64,000 nt of DNA from Eledone cirrhosa. Lineage: Eukaryota. Below the pieces are notes generated by a model. The model made no database searches. It had not been told where the DNA came from and saw only the letters and a program-made list of their open reading frames with translations. Where the stretch lies: contig OZ024740.1 in NCBI GenBank assembly GCA_964016885.1, forward strand, positions 396,118,001-396,182,000, read 5' to 3'. A program made the translations under genes and the position numbers. How positions within the stretch are numbered: the first letter of the stretch is position 1; each line of letters begins with the position of its first letter. Below, one piece after another: positions 1 through 13,015 of the stretch.

Positions 1-118
1 AGCTGTAGAAATCAAGCCAGAATCAGTTCCCGATTGGCTGCTGCCCACAACGAGACAACCTGTCGAACCCATGCTAGCGTGGAAGAACGGACGTAAAATG
101 GTCATGATGATGATGATG
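1..118 (+). mobile_element. 3' end of an RTE-tailed short retroelement (truncated by the window edge)
   Basis: agctgtagaaatc...acccatgctagcgtggaagaacggacgtaaaa followed by a (TGA)n tail; closely similar to 14995-15130. Confidence 0.8.
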
Positions 119-1213
119 TTTAATAACTCAATCAACTATGATTATACAGGAATGTTGTATAACATAACTGTAGCTAAGGTTCAGATTAACAGAGAAAATA
201 GATTTTGTATGCAGCGGATGCTCAGGAGAAGTAAGTACTGAGAGCACTAAAATGCACCCAGTACATCCTGTAAGGTGGTTGGTGATAGGAGTGGCATCTA
301 GCTGTAGAAACCATGCTAAACAGGGTTGAGAGGACTCCTCAGCTTTCTCAAAAACATAGCAACCTTCCTAGTGCTGGTGCCATCATAAATTGCACTTGGT
401 AGAGTGCAGGAATGTATGTAAGCATGATATGAGGCTCCAGCCCTTCAGAACACTCAGTGGTGTACGGTGATGTATATAAACAAGATGGAGGGCCCCAGTC
501 CATCTGAGAGGTCAGTAGCTCCACTGGTGTACAGTATGTGTGTGTGTGTGTGTGCATGTAATAATATATAAATATAATATCAACAGAAAAATGCACACAG
601 AAAAACAGTTACATAAGATGAACTGACAACTGCATCTATACCTCTACAGATACATTCTGGCATATAATTTTGTGTATATACCTGTAAGGGGTGAATACAC
701 CATATCCCTACATGTTGTAAGGGGCAAGAAGGGTATCTGGCTGTAAAAAGTTGTTTAAAAACATCCTGTCCAAAGCCATGCCAACATGGAAAGATGGATG
801 CAAAAACAATGGTTATGAAATATATGTACCTCCTAAAGAATGCCTTTATTTGTGTATGTATCCATATGTGTACACAGGTATGAATATAAGGTTGACTGAG
901 CCCATGTGCATATATGCATATACAAACTTGTATGCCTACACACGCATACACTCTTGCGTAAAGGCAGTCATGGTTTGATGTGTATCACAATATTCATAAT
1001 TTCAGTTTTTTACAAACACATACACACATTTATTCTTACCCCCTTCAATGCTTATCACCCCTTCACTAATTCTCCAATATACGAGCCAGGTTTTAAAATT
1101 CAACCTTTCAAAATGGCTGACTAACCACGTTTTTTTTTATTTCCTAGATCTTATGTATTTTTCATACGCTATATTTGTATATCTCATATGTATGTATATT
1201 ATATTTTATTCAG

Positions 1214-1373
1214 GAATTGGAATTAATAGAAGATAATTGGCAAGAAGAAGTAAAAAGTTTATTAAAAAATATAGATCATCTCCAACGTGAAAATAAACAA
1301 TATCGCAATTTAAGAGAAACATTGAAAGAACAACAGAAGTTAGCTGTAGCTGAGGCTCTGGCAGCCTCCAAAC
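1214..1373 (+). CDS. RILPL1: RILP/RILPL1-like gene, first coding exon visible in the window (ELELIEDNWQEEVKSLL...AEALAASK)
   Basis: ttattcag acceptor and C|gtaagt donor, 160 nt, ends in phase 1. The coiled-coil peptide resembles the RILPL1 'ELELVEDVWRGE' region. Confidence 0.85.
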
Positions 1374-1699
1374 GTAAGTTTAGTGTTTCTTTACTTTTAG
1401 ATTTTTTTTTTTTTTGGTTTTGTTTTATTTAATTTTTGCTCTTCTTTTTGTCTAGATGTATTTGTTAGCTTTTTATGTAAATGTAAGTTTTGCTGTATAT
1501 GTATATTGATCCCTAAATTAAGACATTATTCCTGTCATTTTTAATATTATCACTTTACCAGTAGTTCCCTCACCCCCTTGAAAACTTCAGCAAAAGTTTT
1601 GTTGTTGTACTTGACATTAGTAGTGACTGTGCCCAATATGTTTGCATGAGAACTTCCAAGATAAGTGCCTTTCTTGTGATCTTCATATATCGATATCCT

Positions 1700-2260
1700 G
1701 TTGAGAATCATTCTGTTGATGACCTTGTTGGACAGTGCTATTCCTCTGTAGTTGGTTTCATTGCTGATTAGTTGCTGACCATCTACAAATCTTATATAAG
1801 ATTCACAATGCAGTATTGGTCATGTATATGGGATGATATTTTCCACACATACAAAAACTTTGTAGACCATATTTAAAAGAGGACCATTTGACTAATTGGC
1901 AAGGATTCACTCCCCAAAATGCTTCAACTGCTAGCTCACACACATGCTAGTTCCTTCCTCTGCCACTTCTATTACTCCTCAGAATTAACTAACTGCATAC
2001 CTTCTTTGCCTGTCTCTCCTCTTCTCATCATTCTTACTGTATCTCACTTCCCAAATCATGCACTAAGTATTTCCTCAGTTCTTTCCTAGAGCTGCAACCC
2101 TCTGAAATTCCCTCCTTGTGCATGTTTTCCTGTAGTCATTGACTTACACAGATGTTCAAGCTGAACATTAAACACAACAATCTACCAATGTAGAGAGGGC
2201 CTATTGCACTAAACACCCTACCCCAGCTAAGATACACTCTTGTCTTTCTCTTTCATGCTC
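1700..2260 (+). mobile_element. Highly decayed LINE 3' fragment (CR1/L2/Jockey-group-like)
   Basis: Broken-frame remnants similar to 'SFFPR.A.LWNSLP..VFP...DL..FK..IN' at about 2075-2175. Boundaries are approximate. Confidence 0.4.
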
Positions 2261-2778
2261 ATGCTTGTCCATTCTTACTTGCTAATGCTTACTCAGATGC
2301 CTCTGATATATTTTAATGTACCATATTAGCCAATCACATTGATCAAGGTAAACTCAACTATGATAAAAATATTTAATGTAGTAGTAGTAGTAGTACTTCT
2401 GCTCTTTATGGGAAACGTTTAACAGTAGTCATTCTAATAATTTTAGCCGACCCTATATCAACTCACTAATTACTTCAAAGAACAACCATTTTGAATAAAA
2501 AGACCAGTAACTACAACAGTTTTTCCAACCAAACATTGCATATATTTATAGAGTTTATATGTCATTTAGTTTCAATAACAGTAACATTAACACATATTAC
2601 TGCTCATTTATTTCTATATATTAGCATCTATAAATATTTATGTTAGAAAAGAAACTTAGAACAAGATAACAATGACAAAAAGGCTCAATTAATGTATAAA
2701 CAAAAGAAAATAGGTGCATCTGTTAAAATATTTGAGTCTATTATAATATATTATGGAAATGAATCAAATATGTTTTAA

Positions 2779-2999
2779 CACTTTAGCATTTAAATCAGCT
2801 GAATCCTGTCATAATTCTCTCACCTCTTTCTGTTAAAACCGGTCATAACTGGCCGCTCTTACCAATGTTAAGGTATTGTTCTCAAAATAAATAAGATCAA
2901 AATCTCTTAGATTCGATATTATGTAAGATAATTATGTGTAATAAAGCCTTTTCTGTGAAAATAAAATAGTAAATATAGAGTAATGTGAATGCTAAAGGG
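2779..2999. mobile_element. piggyBac-type MITE
   Basis: TTAA on both sides (2775-2778 and 3000-3003), with terminal inverted repeats cactttagcatt ... aatgctaaaggg. Confidence 0.7.
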
Positions 3000-3026
3000 T
3001 TAATGATGATATTCCATAATATATCA

Positions 3027-3435
3027 TTAACACTTTTGATATCAAACTGATTGAAACCACTCCTGGTCGTATGATACATAGCTGTTTATTTATCTAAAAC
3101 CATCGTTGTTCTATGTAAGAACCTTTATGTTCCAAACAACAACTTAATGTTTCTATTTTAGACACAAGACCAGTAATTTGAGGGGGAGGAGAAAGTTGAT
3201 TAAATCAACCCCAGTTGTTAACTGGTACTTTATTTTGTCATTGCTGAAAGGCAAAGTTGACCTGGCAGGATTTGAATTCAGAATAACTAAATGCTGCAAA
3301 GCATTTAGTCTGATGCTCTTCCAATACTCTCTATCTACCACCCTATGTCAACCGAATAACGAGAAAGTTATATTACTGAATGACTCCAAATTCTTGGTTA
3401 TTTTCAAAATGATTGGAAGATCATGGGCAGTGTGG
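3027..3435. mobile_element. Second TTAA-type MITE family copy, interrupted by a minus-strand SINE at about 3150-3350
   Basis: Starts ttaacacttttgatatcaa. Related copies lie at about 5817-5990, 49430-49580 and 63340-63500 (-). The internal segment is the reverse complement of the 6010-6192 SINE family. Confidence 0.5.
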
Positions 3436-5159
3436 TAATCTCTGCTATAATCCATCATGGATGTGAATGGAATTACAATAGAAGACATATTATCTAAAAT
3501 CTAACTTTTTATATCTTAATTTGTTACTAGGAAATTATTTTCAGTTGCTTTTCAATCAATCCATGACTAAGAAACTAAAAGGAGACACACACGTTTGTCA
3601 AATCATAACTCTTGCACAAATTCATTTACATTGCATTCATATTATCATTGTGGTTAGTTAGAGCAATTAGTTGTCATTCAAATGATCACTCATCTATATC
3701 AGCAGTGATTATTGGCATTGCTAAATTCAGAACTGATACAGAATTATACATAGTTTATAATTGTTATGGAAAAAATGTCTTGCTGGCTTCATAAATATAT
3801 TTGTTTTATTTTTTCCTATTTTTACATGACATTTATCCCTTTGTTTTGATGCTTCCTGCTTGGATTGTTCTGCAATATTACATTTCTATTTTCACATCCT
3901 CTGCACCACTCCATAAACCTACACTAATTAACATACCTCTAAATATTTTTTTTTTTTTTTTTCAAGCCATAGATCTAATAAACATTTGTCCCTCTTTCCA
4001 TTCCATTAGAAACATCTGGCTCAGACAAGCCACTAAGAGAAAGGGAGAGAGAATGAGTGAAATTGACTGGTTAATGACTGATTGACTACCAACCTATCTA
4101 ATTAAGAGACAGATTACTAGACAGCCATCTATAGCGCGTGGGAGTCATGAGAAATATAAACCTAATGCTGATACTTGGAATGATTATGGCACCCTTGTGG
4201 AGACTTTGGATATAATACATGCATCTTTTCTTTTCAGTTCTATTATTAAATGCAAACAACAGGCAGGATCATTGCAAAATTTGCTACTTTTCTTAATTGC
4301 TTAATTCTCTCATTTAATTAACAAAAGGGACCATTGAAAGTTGTGTAAAAATGGAATCAGTCCCTTAGAAATGTTTCTTAATACAATAGACTTCTAGGTA
4401 CACACACAGTATTTCAATGACTATAATAAGTTGGTACAAAAGCTGATACAGTTACCTAATGGTTATCGACAGATGATAACATTTAAAACATGAAAGGTAA
4501 ATAAATAGTTGTACGCAGCCGAAACTGTCTTTTATAGCATTTATGTTTCAAGAAAAATAAGAAATAAACAGAAAGCGGTAAGAAGTAACTTAAAATAGTC
4601 TCACATTTTTATGTAAAATGATTTTACTGTTAAGAAATATTTATTCGCATTTAAAAAGCAAACTTTGAAAAATTAGAAATTTAAAATGTAAATTTCAAAA
4701 ACAATCATAAGTAGTGTACCATATTTGCTTAGAAGTGCAGGTGTGTGTGTCAGTGCATGTCACAAGATGACAACATTCATATAAGAATTAAAATGTATGG
4801 TATATACCAAGCATAGTTTCTTCTAAGTTGTGCATATGCACTGCCATGAAATTGTCATCAATGGTTATGTTATTTCCTGTATGATGACAACTTACTAAAA
4901 GTGTGTTGTCTTATATCACAGTATAATGATCACTGCAATAGGTTACTAGTATGGTTTCCCCTCACTCTCAATTGGGCTAGGGTTATTCAAGACAAAACAG
5001 TTATTAGTCAGCAGTATAACCACTACTAAAAGTAAGTATTGTAAGAGACCAGAGGCTACAGTGTTTGGCAATTGAACAGTCAATATAGGATTTGAGAGGA
5101 CTCTTCAGTCTGGCTAAACATGTAACAACTTATTTAGTGCTAGTGCCACAATAAATTGC

Positions 5160-5520
5160 ACACAGTACACCATGTAAAGTGTTAATGTCGAGGTCATGAC
5201 AAAATGTACTCAGTACACTCTGTAAGGCAATTGACATTAGGAAGAGCATCCAGCTATAGAAACCATCCCAAATATGGAATGTATGAGCGATAAAATTACT
5301 CTGATCTGCCACGACAAAAAGCACCCAGTGCACTCTGTAAGGTGGTAGTGCCAGAATCATGATAAAATGCTCCCAATACATACTGTAAAAGGCTAGTGTT
5401 AAAAAAAAGCATACGAGCAAGACATGATCACCTGACCAGTCTAGACTCAGTGCATCATAACCTATCTAACCCATGCAAGCATAGAAAATACATGTTAAAC
5501 TGTGATGATGATGATCATCA
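5160..5520 (+). mobile_element. Decayed RTE-tailed short retroelement with internal repeats of 'cccagtacactctgtaagg'
   Basis: ttaggaagagcatccagctatagaaacc motif and acccatgcaagcatagaa...(TGA)n tail. Confidence 0.65.
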
Positions 5521-6009
5521 TGAATGCATTTTGAAATAGTTGTTTTATACAATCAAGAAATTATCATCAGTATAGACATGTAATGTATATGTATGTATTG
5601 TTATCATGTTTGTTATCAATCAGCAAAGGTTTGATATCCATAATTCCTTGATGGCACATTTGGTGATTGCGCAGAATCACCAGCCTATTCTCATACTCCC
5701 ATATCACTCATTAATTCATCTTATATTTGGAAAACTTTGACTTAAAATAATTAGCAGGCTTTCACTCCATAAGTAGGTTATTTTTAGAATTAGAATGCAA
5801 ATGTATTAAGAATAGTCAACCCTTTGTATACCAGAACAACAAAAACTTGCTCTGGTTTTATGAAACACCTCCACCTATTTTAAAGAATTCTTATTTAAAT
5901 TAAAGTCTTCAAACATAATTTTATATAAGAACCATATGTTAAGTTACTATCTTAGTTATTAAATAGTAAATAATTTTAGTAATCATCAGCAGCATCATTA
6001 TTTAACATT

Positions 6010-6192
6010 GTGGATTGGCAGTATCAGTAGAGGGTCGGACGCCATGCTTTCCAGCACAGTTACATCCCTTTACGATCTGAGTTCAAATCCCGCCGAGGTT
6101 GACTTTGCCTTTCATCCTTACGGGGTCGATAAAATAAAGTACCAGTAATGCACTGGGTAATTGCTGGCCTTGTGCCTAAAGTAGAAACAATT
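6010..6192 (+). mobile_element. SINE, family A (B-box-like gagttcaaatccc; gcctttcatccttacggggtcgataaaataaagtaccag core)
   Basis: Highly similar copies at 9277-9462 and 15275-15382. Older copies at about 3150-3350(-), 9855-9975(-), 40810-40980(-), 46105-46320(-), 50915-51100(+) and 61360-61560(-). Confidence 0.8.
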
Positions 6193-7065
6193 AATTAAAA
6201 TAGAGTATATTTTATTTAACTGAAGTAAATTTCTCCTTGGATAAGGAACAACCAGATTATCAGGTTCATACCTGTGAAATCTAGGTGACCTATAGATGTA
6301 GGTTTGTGTTCTATCTGATCTGATTACATAATAAACTCTGTATAGTGTAACTGAACTCAAACCATATACAATAGATGTCCAAATTTCTATTGACCTATCA
6401 GAGAGCATATCCTGTTTGACATGTCAATCTAGTCATGATAGTAGTACTGATGATCATGACAACAATGATGCTAGTTGTTGATAATAATAGTCAGCATATT
6501 TTCGTTTAACTGTTTTTATTTAACAAATGATGAAATCTTGTAAAATTACATTTAATTTAAAAGTTGAGTGAATACTAAAGTTAGTGTTTTGGTTAGTCAG
6601 GAGAAGGTTTTATGTCACTTTCTCTAGATTTGTAATAGAACAACTGAATCTCAACAAAATTATTTATTTGACTATCAAGACATTTATGAGGTCAAAGATT
6701 AATAAATATGACTATTGAGTAAGATCAAACCATTATTGTCTTATTGTAGTCTCATATTTTCAGTGGCATGCATTGATATATAAATTATGAATATACAAAT
6801 ACTTAAGTAAACATTTGCAATATCTTAGGACAATTAATTGACTATAATATTTGAGTGCTGGACTTTTCGCCACAAAGTCATGAATTCAAACCATGCTATA
6901 ACTATACCACTGCAGAATTGTTAAGGAACATTACTCTCTTTTTTTAGTCTATGTAACTGAAACTACATGTCACTCTCACTTTGAAGTTAACAGGTTCAAA
7001 TAAAATATATTTATATGTAGCCCTCTGAATTTGTAGGATCAAGTTAAGAAAGTGACAAACTAATG

Positions 7066-8285
7066 GGCCAAGTTATGAAAGTGATGAAAGTTATGAAAGA
7101 ATTATAACACAGCTAATTAGGGAAAGAACAAAATTAGATGAGATGCAGTTCGGTTTCATACCTGGGAAAAGTACTACATATGCCCTCTTCTTGGTGAGAA
7201 AACTGCAAGAGAAGTTTCTTGCCAAGAATAAGCTGCTATATTTAGCTTTTGTTGATCTAGAAAAGGCCTTTGATAGAGTACCTCGATCAATTATCTAGTG
7301 GTCCTTATGAAAATTAGATGTAGAGGAATGGCATGTGAGGACAGTGTAAGCCATGTACAGAGCTGTCAGTAAAGTGAGAGTAGGAAGTGAGTTTAGTGAA
7401 GAATTGAAGATACAGGAAGGAATTCGTCAGGGTTCAGTTCATAGCCCACTGCTGTTTATCATAGTTTTACAGGCCATAACACAGAAGTTTACAACTCTAT
7501 ACAATGTCCACTATGTAAATCTTGGATACGCAAATGATGTAGTGGGATATCAGGTAGACTAACAGGAAGGGAAGACTTTGTATGAAGAAGATGCACAAGG
7601 GTAATTGATTGGAAGAGCGTCAATGACATAAACCTTTTCCAATCACATGAAGGATCCATAGAAGTGGTTGATAGCTTCTGCTATCTAGGTGACCTAATTA
7701 GCAGTGGAGGAGGGTGCTCCAAGAACATAATAGCTAGAATAAAGATAGGATGGAAAAAGTTCAGAGAACTACTTCCACTTGACAACAAAAGGTTTCTCCC
7801 TATGTACAAAAGGACGACTGTATGACATCTTTGTGTGAAGTGTGATGTTACATGGTAGTGAAACATGGGCTGTGACTGCTGAGGATATGCATTGACTGGA
7901 GAATAATTAAGAAACTGTGCTCTGTTGGATGTGCAATGTAAATGTGAGAGAAAGGCAGAGCTTGGACAAGTTGAGGAAGAAGCTGGGTTTAAGAGGGATC
8001 TGAGGTGGTGTGCAGGAGAGAAGATTGTGTTGATTTGGACATGTGATGCGCATGGGCAGTGATTGTTGGATTAAAAAGTGCCAGGAAATCTTAGTGGAAG
8101 GAAGCCACAGTATAGGTAGACCAAGAAAAACCTGGACAAGAGTTGTGAGAGCTGACCTCAAATCACTGAGACTCTAGAGAGGTGATGACGAAGGAACACA
8201 GCAGATGGAGATATGCTGTACTGAAAAGAACCCGTCCAATCCATGTAAGCATGGAAAAAGCGGACATAAAAACAATGATGATGAT
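7066..8285 (+). mobile_element. Decayed 5'-truncated RTE-clade LINE
   Basis: Colinear with the ORF at 57786-59360 (DEMQFGF, LAFVDLEKAFDRVP, RQGSVHSPLLF, YLGD), with stops and an internal deletion, and a (TGA)n tail. Confidence 0.9.
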
Positions 8286-9040
8286 TGCCATTAATTAAAA
8301 TATCTGAGTTATAATATTTTAGACTATTAATCTCATCTTTAGAAATGAAAAATCATTTTACAGTATTTATACATTTTAATTGATTTGATCTCTAAATGAC
8401 CATTCAGTGTCTTATTCCTGGATGTGTACTCAGTAACCAAACTAGATTTACAAAAAAAAAAGGAACTTTTATTTCTAAGCAGAGTAAAATATCTACTCGG
8501 CCACTAATATACACATACAATTATAGGCATAATTTTAGCTTATTTATATTTACATTTCTGTAAATATCCTTATTGATCTTCTGTGTGCACTGGGTTTACT
8601 GATTGGATTATCAGCAAACATTATATGTGGAGCAGACAGATTTGAACAACAAATTCCATTTTTGGTTGAAACGCATCTAGTTTTATTCCTATTGATATTT
8701 CTATGACTAGATCTTCTTATCATTTATATCATAGATCTTTTACTTTACTCAACTTTTCCCCACATATATCCTGCTATATAACAGTCTGACAGGACTCAAG
8801 TGTAGTGGATTAAAGTATTAAAAACATGTGAATTGCAACACAATAATAAAAGTTCATGATTCAAAGCTTGCTCATGATAATGTATATATGTAAAAAAAAA
8901 AATCAAGTGGCAATGAATATACTTGTCAAAATGCAGTTTAGATAAAGCCTACCCAAATTAAACTCAATAGTTTGATCAACCCATACAAATATTTTTCATC
9001 AAGCTCATCTTAATATCTATATATATCTATCTATATATAA

Positions 9041-9264
9041 GGCGTGTGGCTGAGTGGTTAGAGAATTGGATTCGCAATCGTAAGGTTGTGAGTTCGATTC
9101 CTGGACCGGGCGATGCGTTATGTCCTTGAGCAAGACACTTTATTTCACGTTGCTCCTTCTACCTGGAGTTGCGACCGATAGATAGTATTAGCAATTGGAA
9201 AGACCAATGGAAACATTGTTTCCTCGGTCCGATTTGACGAAAGTCGATCGTTTAAAAAAAAAAA
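9041..9264 (+). mobile_element. tRNA-derived CORE-type SINE inserted in a (TA)n tract
   Basis: A box tggctgagtgg, B box gttcgattcc, CORE-like tgtccttgagcaagacacttt, poly(A) tail. A reverse-strand fragment lies at about 60820-60885. Confidence 0.8.
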
Positions 9265-9276
9265 TATATATATATA

Positions 9277-9462
9277 TGCGGTGGATTGGCAGTATGAGTA
9301 GAGCGTCAAACATCATGCTTTGCAGCATAGTTATTGCCCTTTACGTTCTGAGTTCAAATCCTGCCAAGGTTAACTTTGCCTGTCATCCTTACGGGGTCGA
9401 TAAAATAAAGCACAGGAATGCACTGGGGTAATTGTTGGCCTTGTGCCAAAAGTAGAAACAAT
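9277..9462 (+). mobile_element. SINE family A copy
   Basis: Colinear with 6010-6192 over its whole length. Confidence 0.8.
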
Positions 9463-10126
9463 ATATACCACCCTTACAAAACTTTAAAATTACTACTTCA
9501 AAAAATATTTTATATATATTTTTATTAATTTGAGACAGTGCTCATAACATTTTAAAATCCATATTTAATTTCTGATATATTAAATAATATATACCTAGAT
9601 TGACACCACTACCTTCGGCCATAGCTTACTGGGTGGTATAGAGTTAACCCATCACCCAGTTTAACACCACCACCTGGCCATTGAATGCTTTTAACAAAGT
9701 TGACTCTGTTGAAAGTAGTATTCAGGCCAAATCTCCAGTCTGAAAATAACCTTCACCTTTCTTCCCATTATTCTTAGATGAAAAAAGGTCATAGGTGTTC
9801 TCTTTCTTCCCTTGAATAAATAATAATAATAATAATAATATGATAATGATAATAATGTTTCTATTTTTGGCACAAGGCCAGCAATTACTCCACTGCATTA
9901 GTGGTGCTTTATTTTATCAACCCTGTAAGGATGAAAGGCAAAGTTAACCTCAGCAGGATTTGAACTCAGAACATTAATAGTTTCTTTATTAGCCACACAT
10001 GACTCACATTAAGGAAACAATAAAAATGATACTATTATCATAATCACCATGTTGACCACCATAACGACCACCATAACACAACAAAGAAACTATTAAGTGA
10101 TCTCCACAGCATCTCTTTCTGTATTT

Positions 10127-10380
10127 TATCATCACTATTTTTATGTCTGCTTTCTATGCTGGTATGGGTTGGACAGGTTGTTATTGTCCAAAACCAGATT
10201 GGTCTGAGTGACCAATCTTGCTAATTATATTTCACATTTGTCATGGTTTCTATGGCTGGATACCCTTAACACCAACCACCTTACAGAGTATACCAGGTGG
10301 TTTTTGTTTTTCTTTTTGTGACACCAGCACTACCACTTTACAGAGGGTACTGAGTGCATTTTATCATGGCACCAGCACTT
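10127..10380 (-). mobile_element. Decayed RTE-tailed short retroelement
   Basis: Reverse complement of the acccatgctagc tail and the aagggcatccagc motif. Confidence 0.6.
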
Positions 10381-11649
10381 CTTAATACCTGTGCATGTTC
10401 TCAATATCTTCTAATCATAGAAGCTAGGAGTACTTTGTTAACTGAGGATTGTTAGATTTGTAATGCCAGTGGTATAGGCTGGAAAAATCTAAATACAGAT
10501 TATAGTTGATGTCTTCTCATATGTGAATAACAGTGTTCTTAAGTTCAATCTAGTTGCTTCATCTTGAGAAGTCTTCCTTTATCTACCCCTTCTGTTATTA
10601 TACTCTACACAGCATTTTCTTATGCAACATATTTCATCTGTTTATATTTTATATCCATTCTAGAGAAGTTACCTTTCCTTCATAAATCTTTTATTGCTCA
10701 CTTGATTTTTCAAGCTATAGCTTGTTCCTAGACAATGGCTGCCAATTCTCTGCATTTACAGTTTTATTGTTGAGTCATTAATAAAGTTATAAAACTATCT
10801 AATTAAATGCACACACTTGGGTTCTTGTTCAGAATACATTACACACGTTTGAAGACGATTGGTGATTGTTGCTAATATGGCATCTTGTGAATATATAAAA
10901 GGTTCATCTTAATACCCATCTGTGGTGGGGAAAAAAGCATGCCCAACATAGTTAATATTCTTAAACTTTATGGAATGTTTAAGTTACTAACTTTTTTTAG
11001 TTTTCTTTATCACCAGAATAGTTTTTGTGGCTATTTTGAAAAATGTTAAACATGGTAACTATTTTCTCTTACAATAGTCTTAATATAAAATTCTTGGGAA
11101 GGCAAATGGTGGAAATGATAATGCACAGAGCTTCCAACTACTTAAAATTTTTTATTCATCCCTAACTTTTCAAGCTTGAATTTTTCAAACAAATCATGGT
11201 AGATTATAATCTTCCCTATCTGTACATGAAACAAGACACTCTCAATAGACTTCCATTAACCACCCACTGTATAACACAAATGCTATAGTCACATGCCAAA
11301 CTCTTGACTTTTATTATCTAACTTCAAGGATCAATCATATCAGTTACAACTTTGGAGAGAAGTTGAACATGCAATTGTTTCTTTATAAACACAGCTGTTC
11401 AGACACTGACTTTTAAATCATTTTAATAGACTGTAGATATTTAAATATTATGTTGTTTTGTTGTTGTTTTTTTCATGGTGAGAAATAAACCCTGAATACA
11501 ATTATGAATGAATTAAAGGCTGAGGTTCTCCATATGAAGTGATATTAGACATTATTAGCATTAACATCATATCCTCTGTCAATCTAGTTCTGTTAAGATT
11601 TTAGCAGCATGAGAAAAATTATTATAGGGTTTTCCAAAAGACACAATAG

Positions 11650-13015
11650 GAGTCTAGCCTCCTCCACTAGTTCCTGCTCATTACTTGTAAGAGTTGTGAT
11701 ATTCCAGGTTCCAACTGTTGAGGTTTGCGCCCTTTCGGATCCTCTTTGGAGTCTTGGGATATGCAATCTTTGTGCGTCCATCCCATGCATTCCAGGACAG
11801 GTCACAGGCTCATTGCCAGTTCTTGCGGCATGAAATGGAGACTGCAATATATTTTTCAAACAGGCTAGATATAGTCGGGGTTTCCTCAACAAAGTTCCGT
11901 GGTTTTGATACTGTAGAGTTGGATAGAGGATGGAAACTTCACTATTTAGGTGTAACCCCAGAAATGACTGCACAGACAGGAGTGGGGATACTCACAAGCC
12001 CCTAGTTGTCAGAATGTGCTATGAACTGGATCCCATTAGGAGGGAAAATTTGCCTCTTGAAGCTTAGGCTGAAAGATAGGTCTCTGTGGGTGGTGCAGGT
12101 TTATGCACCAAACTAGGAGTCCAAATACAGATTCTTCCTTGATTAAGTCACTGCAGCATTAGTTATAGTTTGAGTCATATATCTTCAATGCACATATTGG
12201 CACTGATGACCTGACATGGAAAGGAGTGATTGCAAGGAACAGTGATCCCAATTTAAATATGAGTGGAGAGCCCTTACTAGACCTATGTTTTAGCAATGGA
12301 CTGTCTTCCAGCACAGAGACATCCACAAATATACATGGTATAAGGGGAATCAGGGACAGAGATCATTAATTGATTTTGTTATTGCCTCTGATCTCTGAAG
12401 CCGGTAAAGAAGTTCAAGTATCTTGGGGCCGTGTTCATGAGTGATGGAAGATAGAAGGCTGAATTAAGTGCAAGAATTGCAGGAGCTGGTGCAGTAATGC
12501 GCCTTCTTCAGCACTCAGTAATCAGAAGGGAGGTAGGCATAGGAGCCAAACTTGCTATCTTCAATTCGGTATTCATGCCAACCTTTAACTATGGTCATGA
12601 ATCTTGGATAATGACTGAAAGAATACGATTGCGAATACAAGCGTCTGAAATGGGATTCCTCCAAATGGTCTTTGTAGTAACGTTACTTGATAAAGTGCAT
12701 TGCTCGGAGATCAGAGAGTCACTCCAGGTAGAGCCACTACTTCTCCGAATTGAGAGATCATAGCTCTGATACTATGGGTATGTGGTTAGAATGTCTCAGG
12801 AAAGAATTGCTGGACAGATTTCATGGGCAAAACTAGCTGGCAAGAGACCCAGGGGTAGACCCTGAGGAAGATGGTTGGATAGCATCCATGAGCTTGGTGG
12901 TCTCACTTGGCGATTCAGTTGGAGACAGTTGCTTCTGACAGAATGTGCTGGAAGGAGTGTTTGAGGACTCTGCCCCAACAATCCTCTCAGGAATAAGTTG
13001 GCGAAGAAGAAGACT
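11650..13015 (+). mobile_element. Rearranged Rex3/Expander-like RTE LINE: inverted 5' end, APE endonuclease remnant, RT core deleted, C-terminus retained
   Basis: Minus strand gives GTWNITTL..EQELVEEA. Plus strand gives RLDIVGVSSTK..GWKLHYLGV..GVGILTSP, YAPN and later RIQASEMGFL..EIRESLQVEPLLLRIERS. Short (GAA)n tail. Confidence 0.85.

Noticed and set aside
348-6408. Assorted 60-120 aa ORFs in AT-rich intronic DNA (also elsewhere in the window)
   Set aside because: Low-complexity or repeat-derived with no splice-phase fit. Only the part of ORF 1175-1432 that overlaps the exon is accepted.
9041-9112. Functional tRNA gene
   Set aside because: It has A and B boxes but no proper acceptor stem, and continues into a CORE-like body and poly(A), so it is a SINE head.
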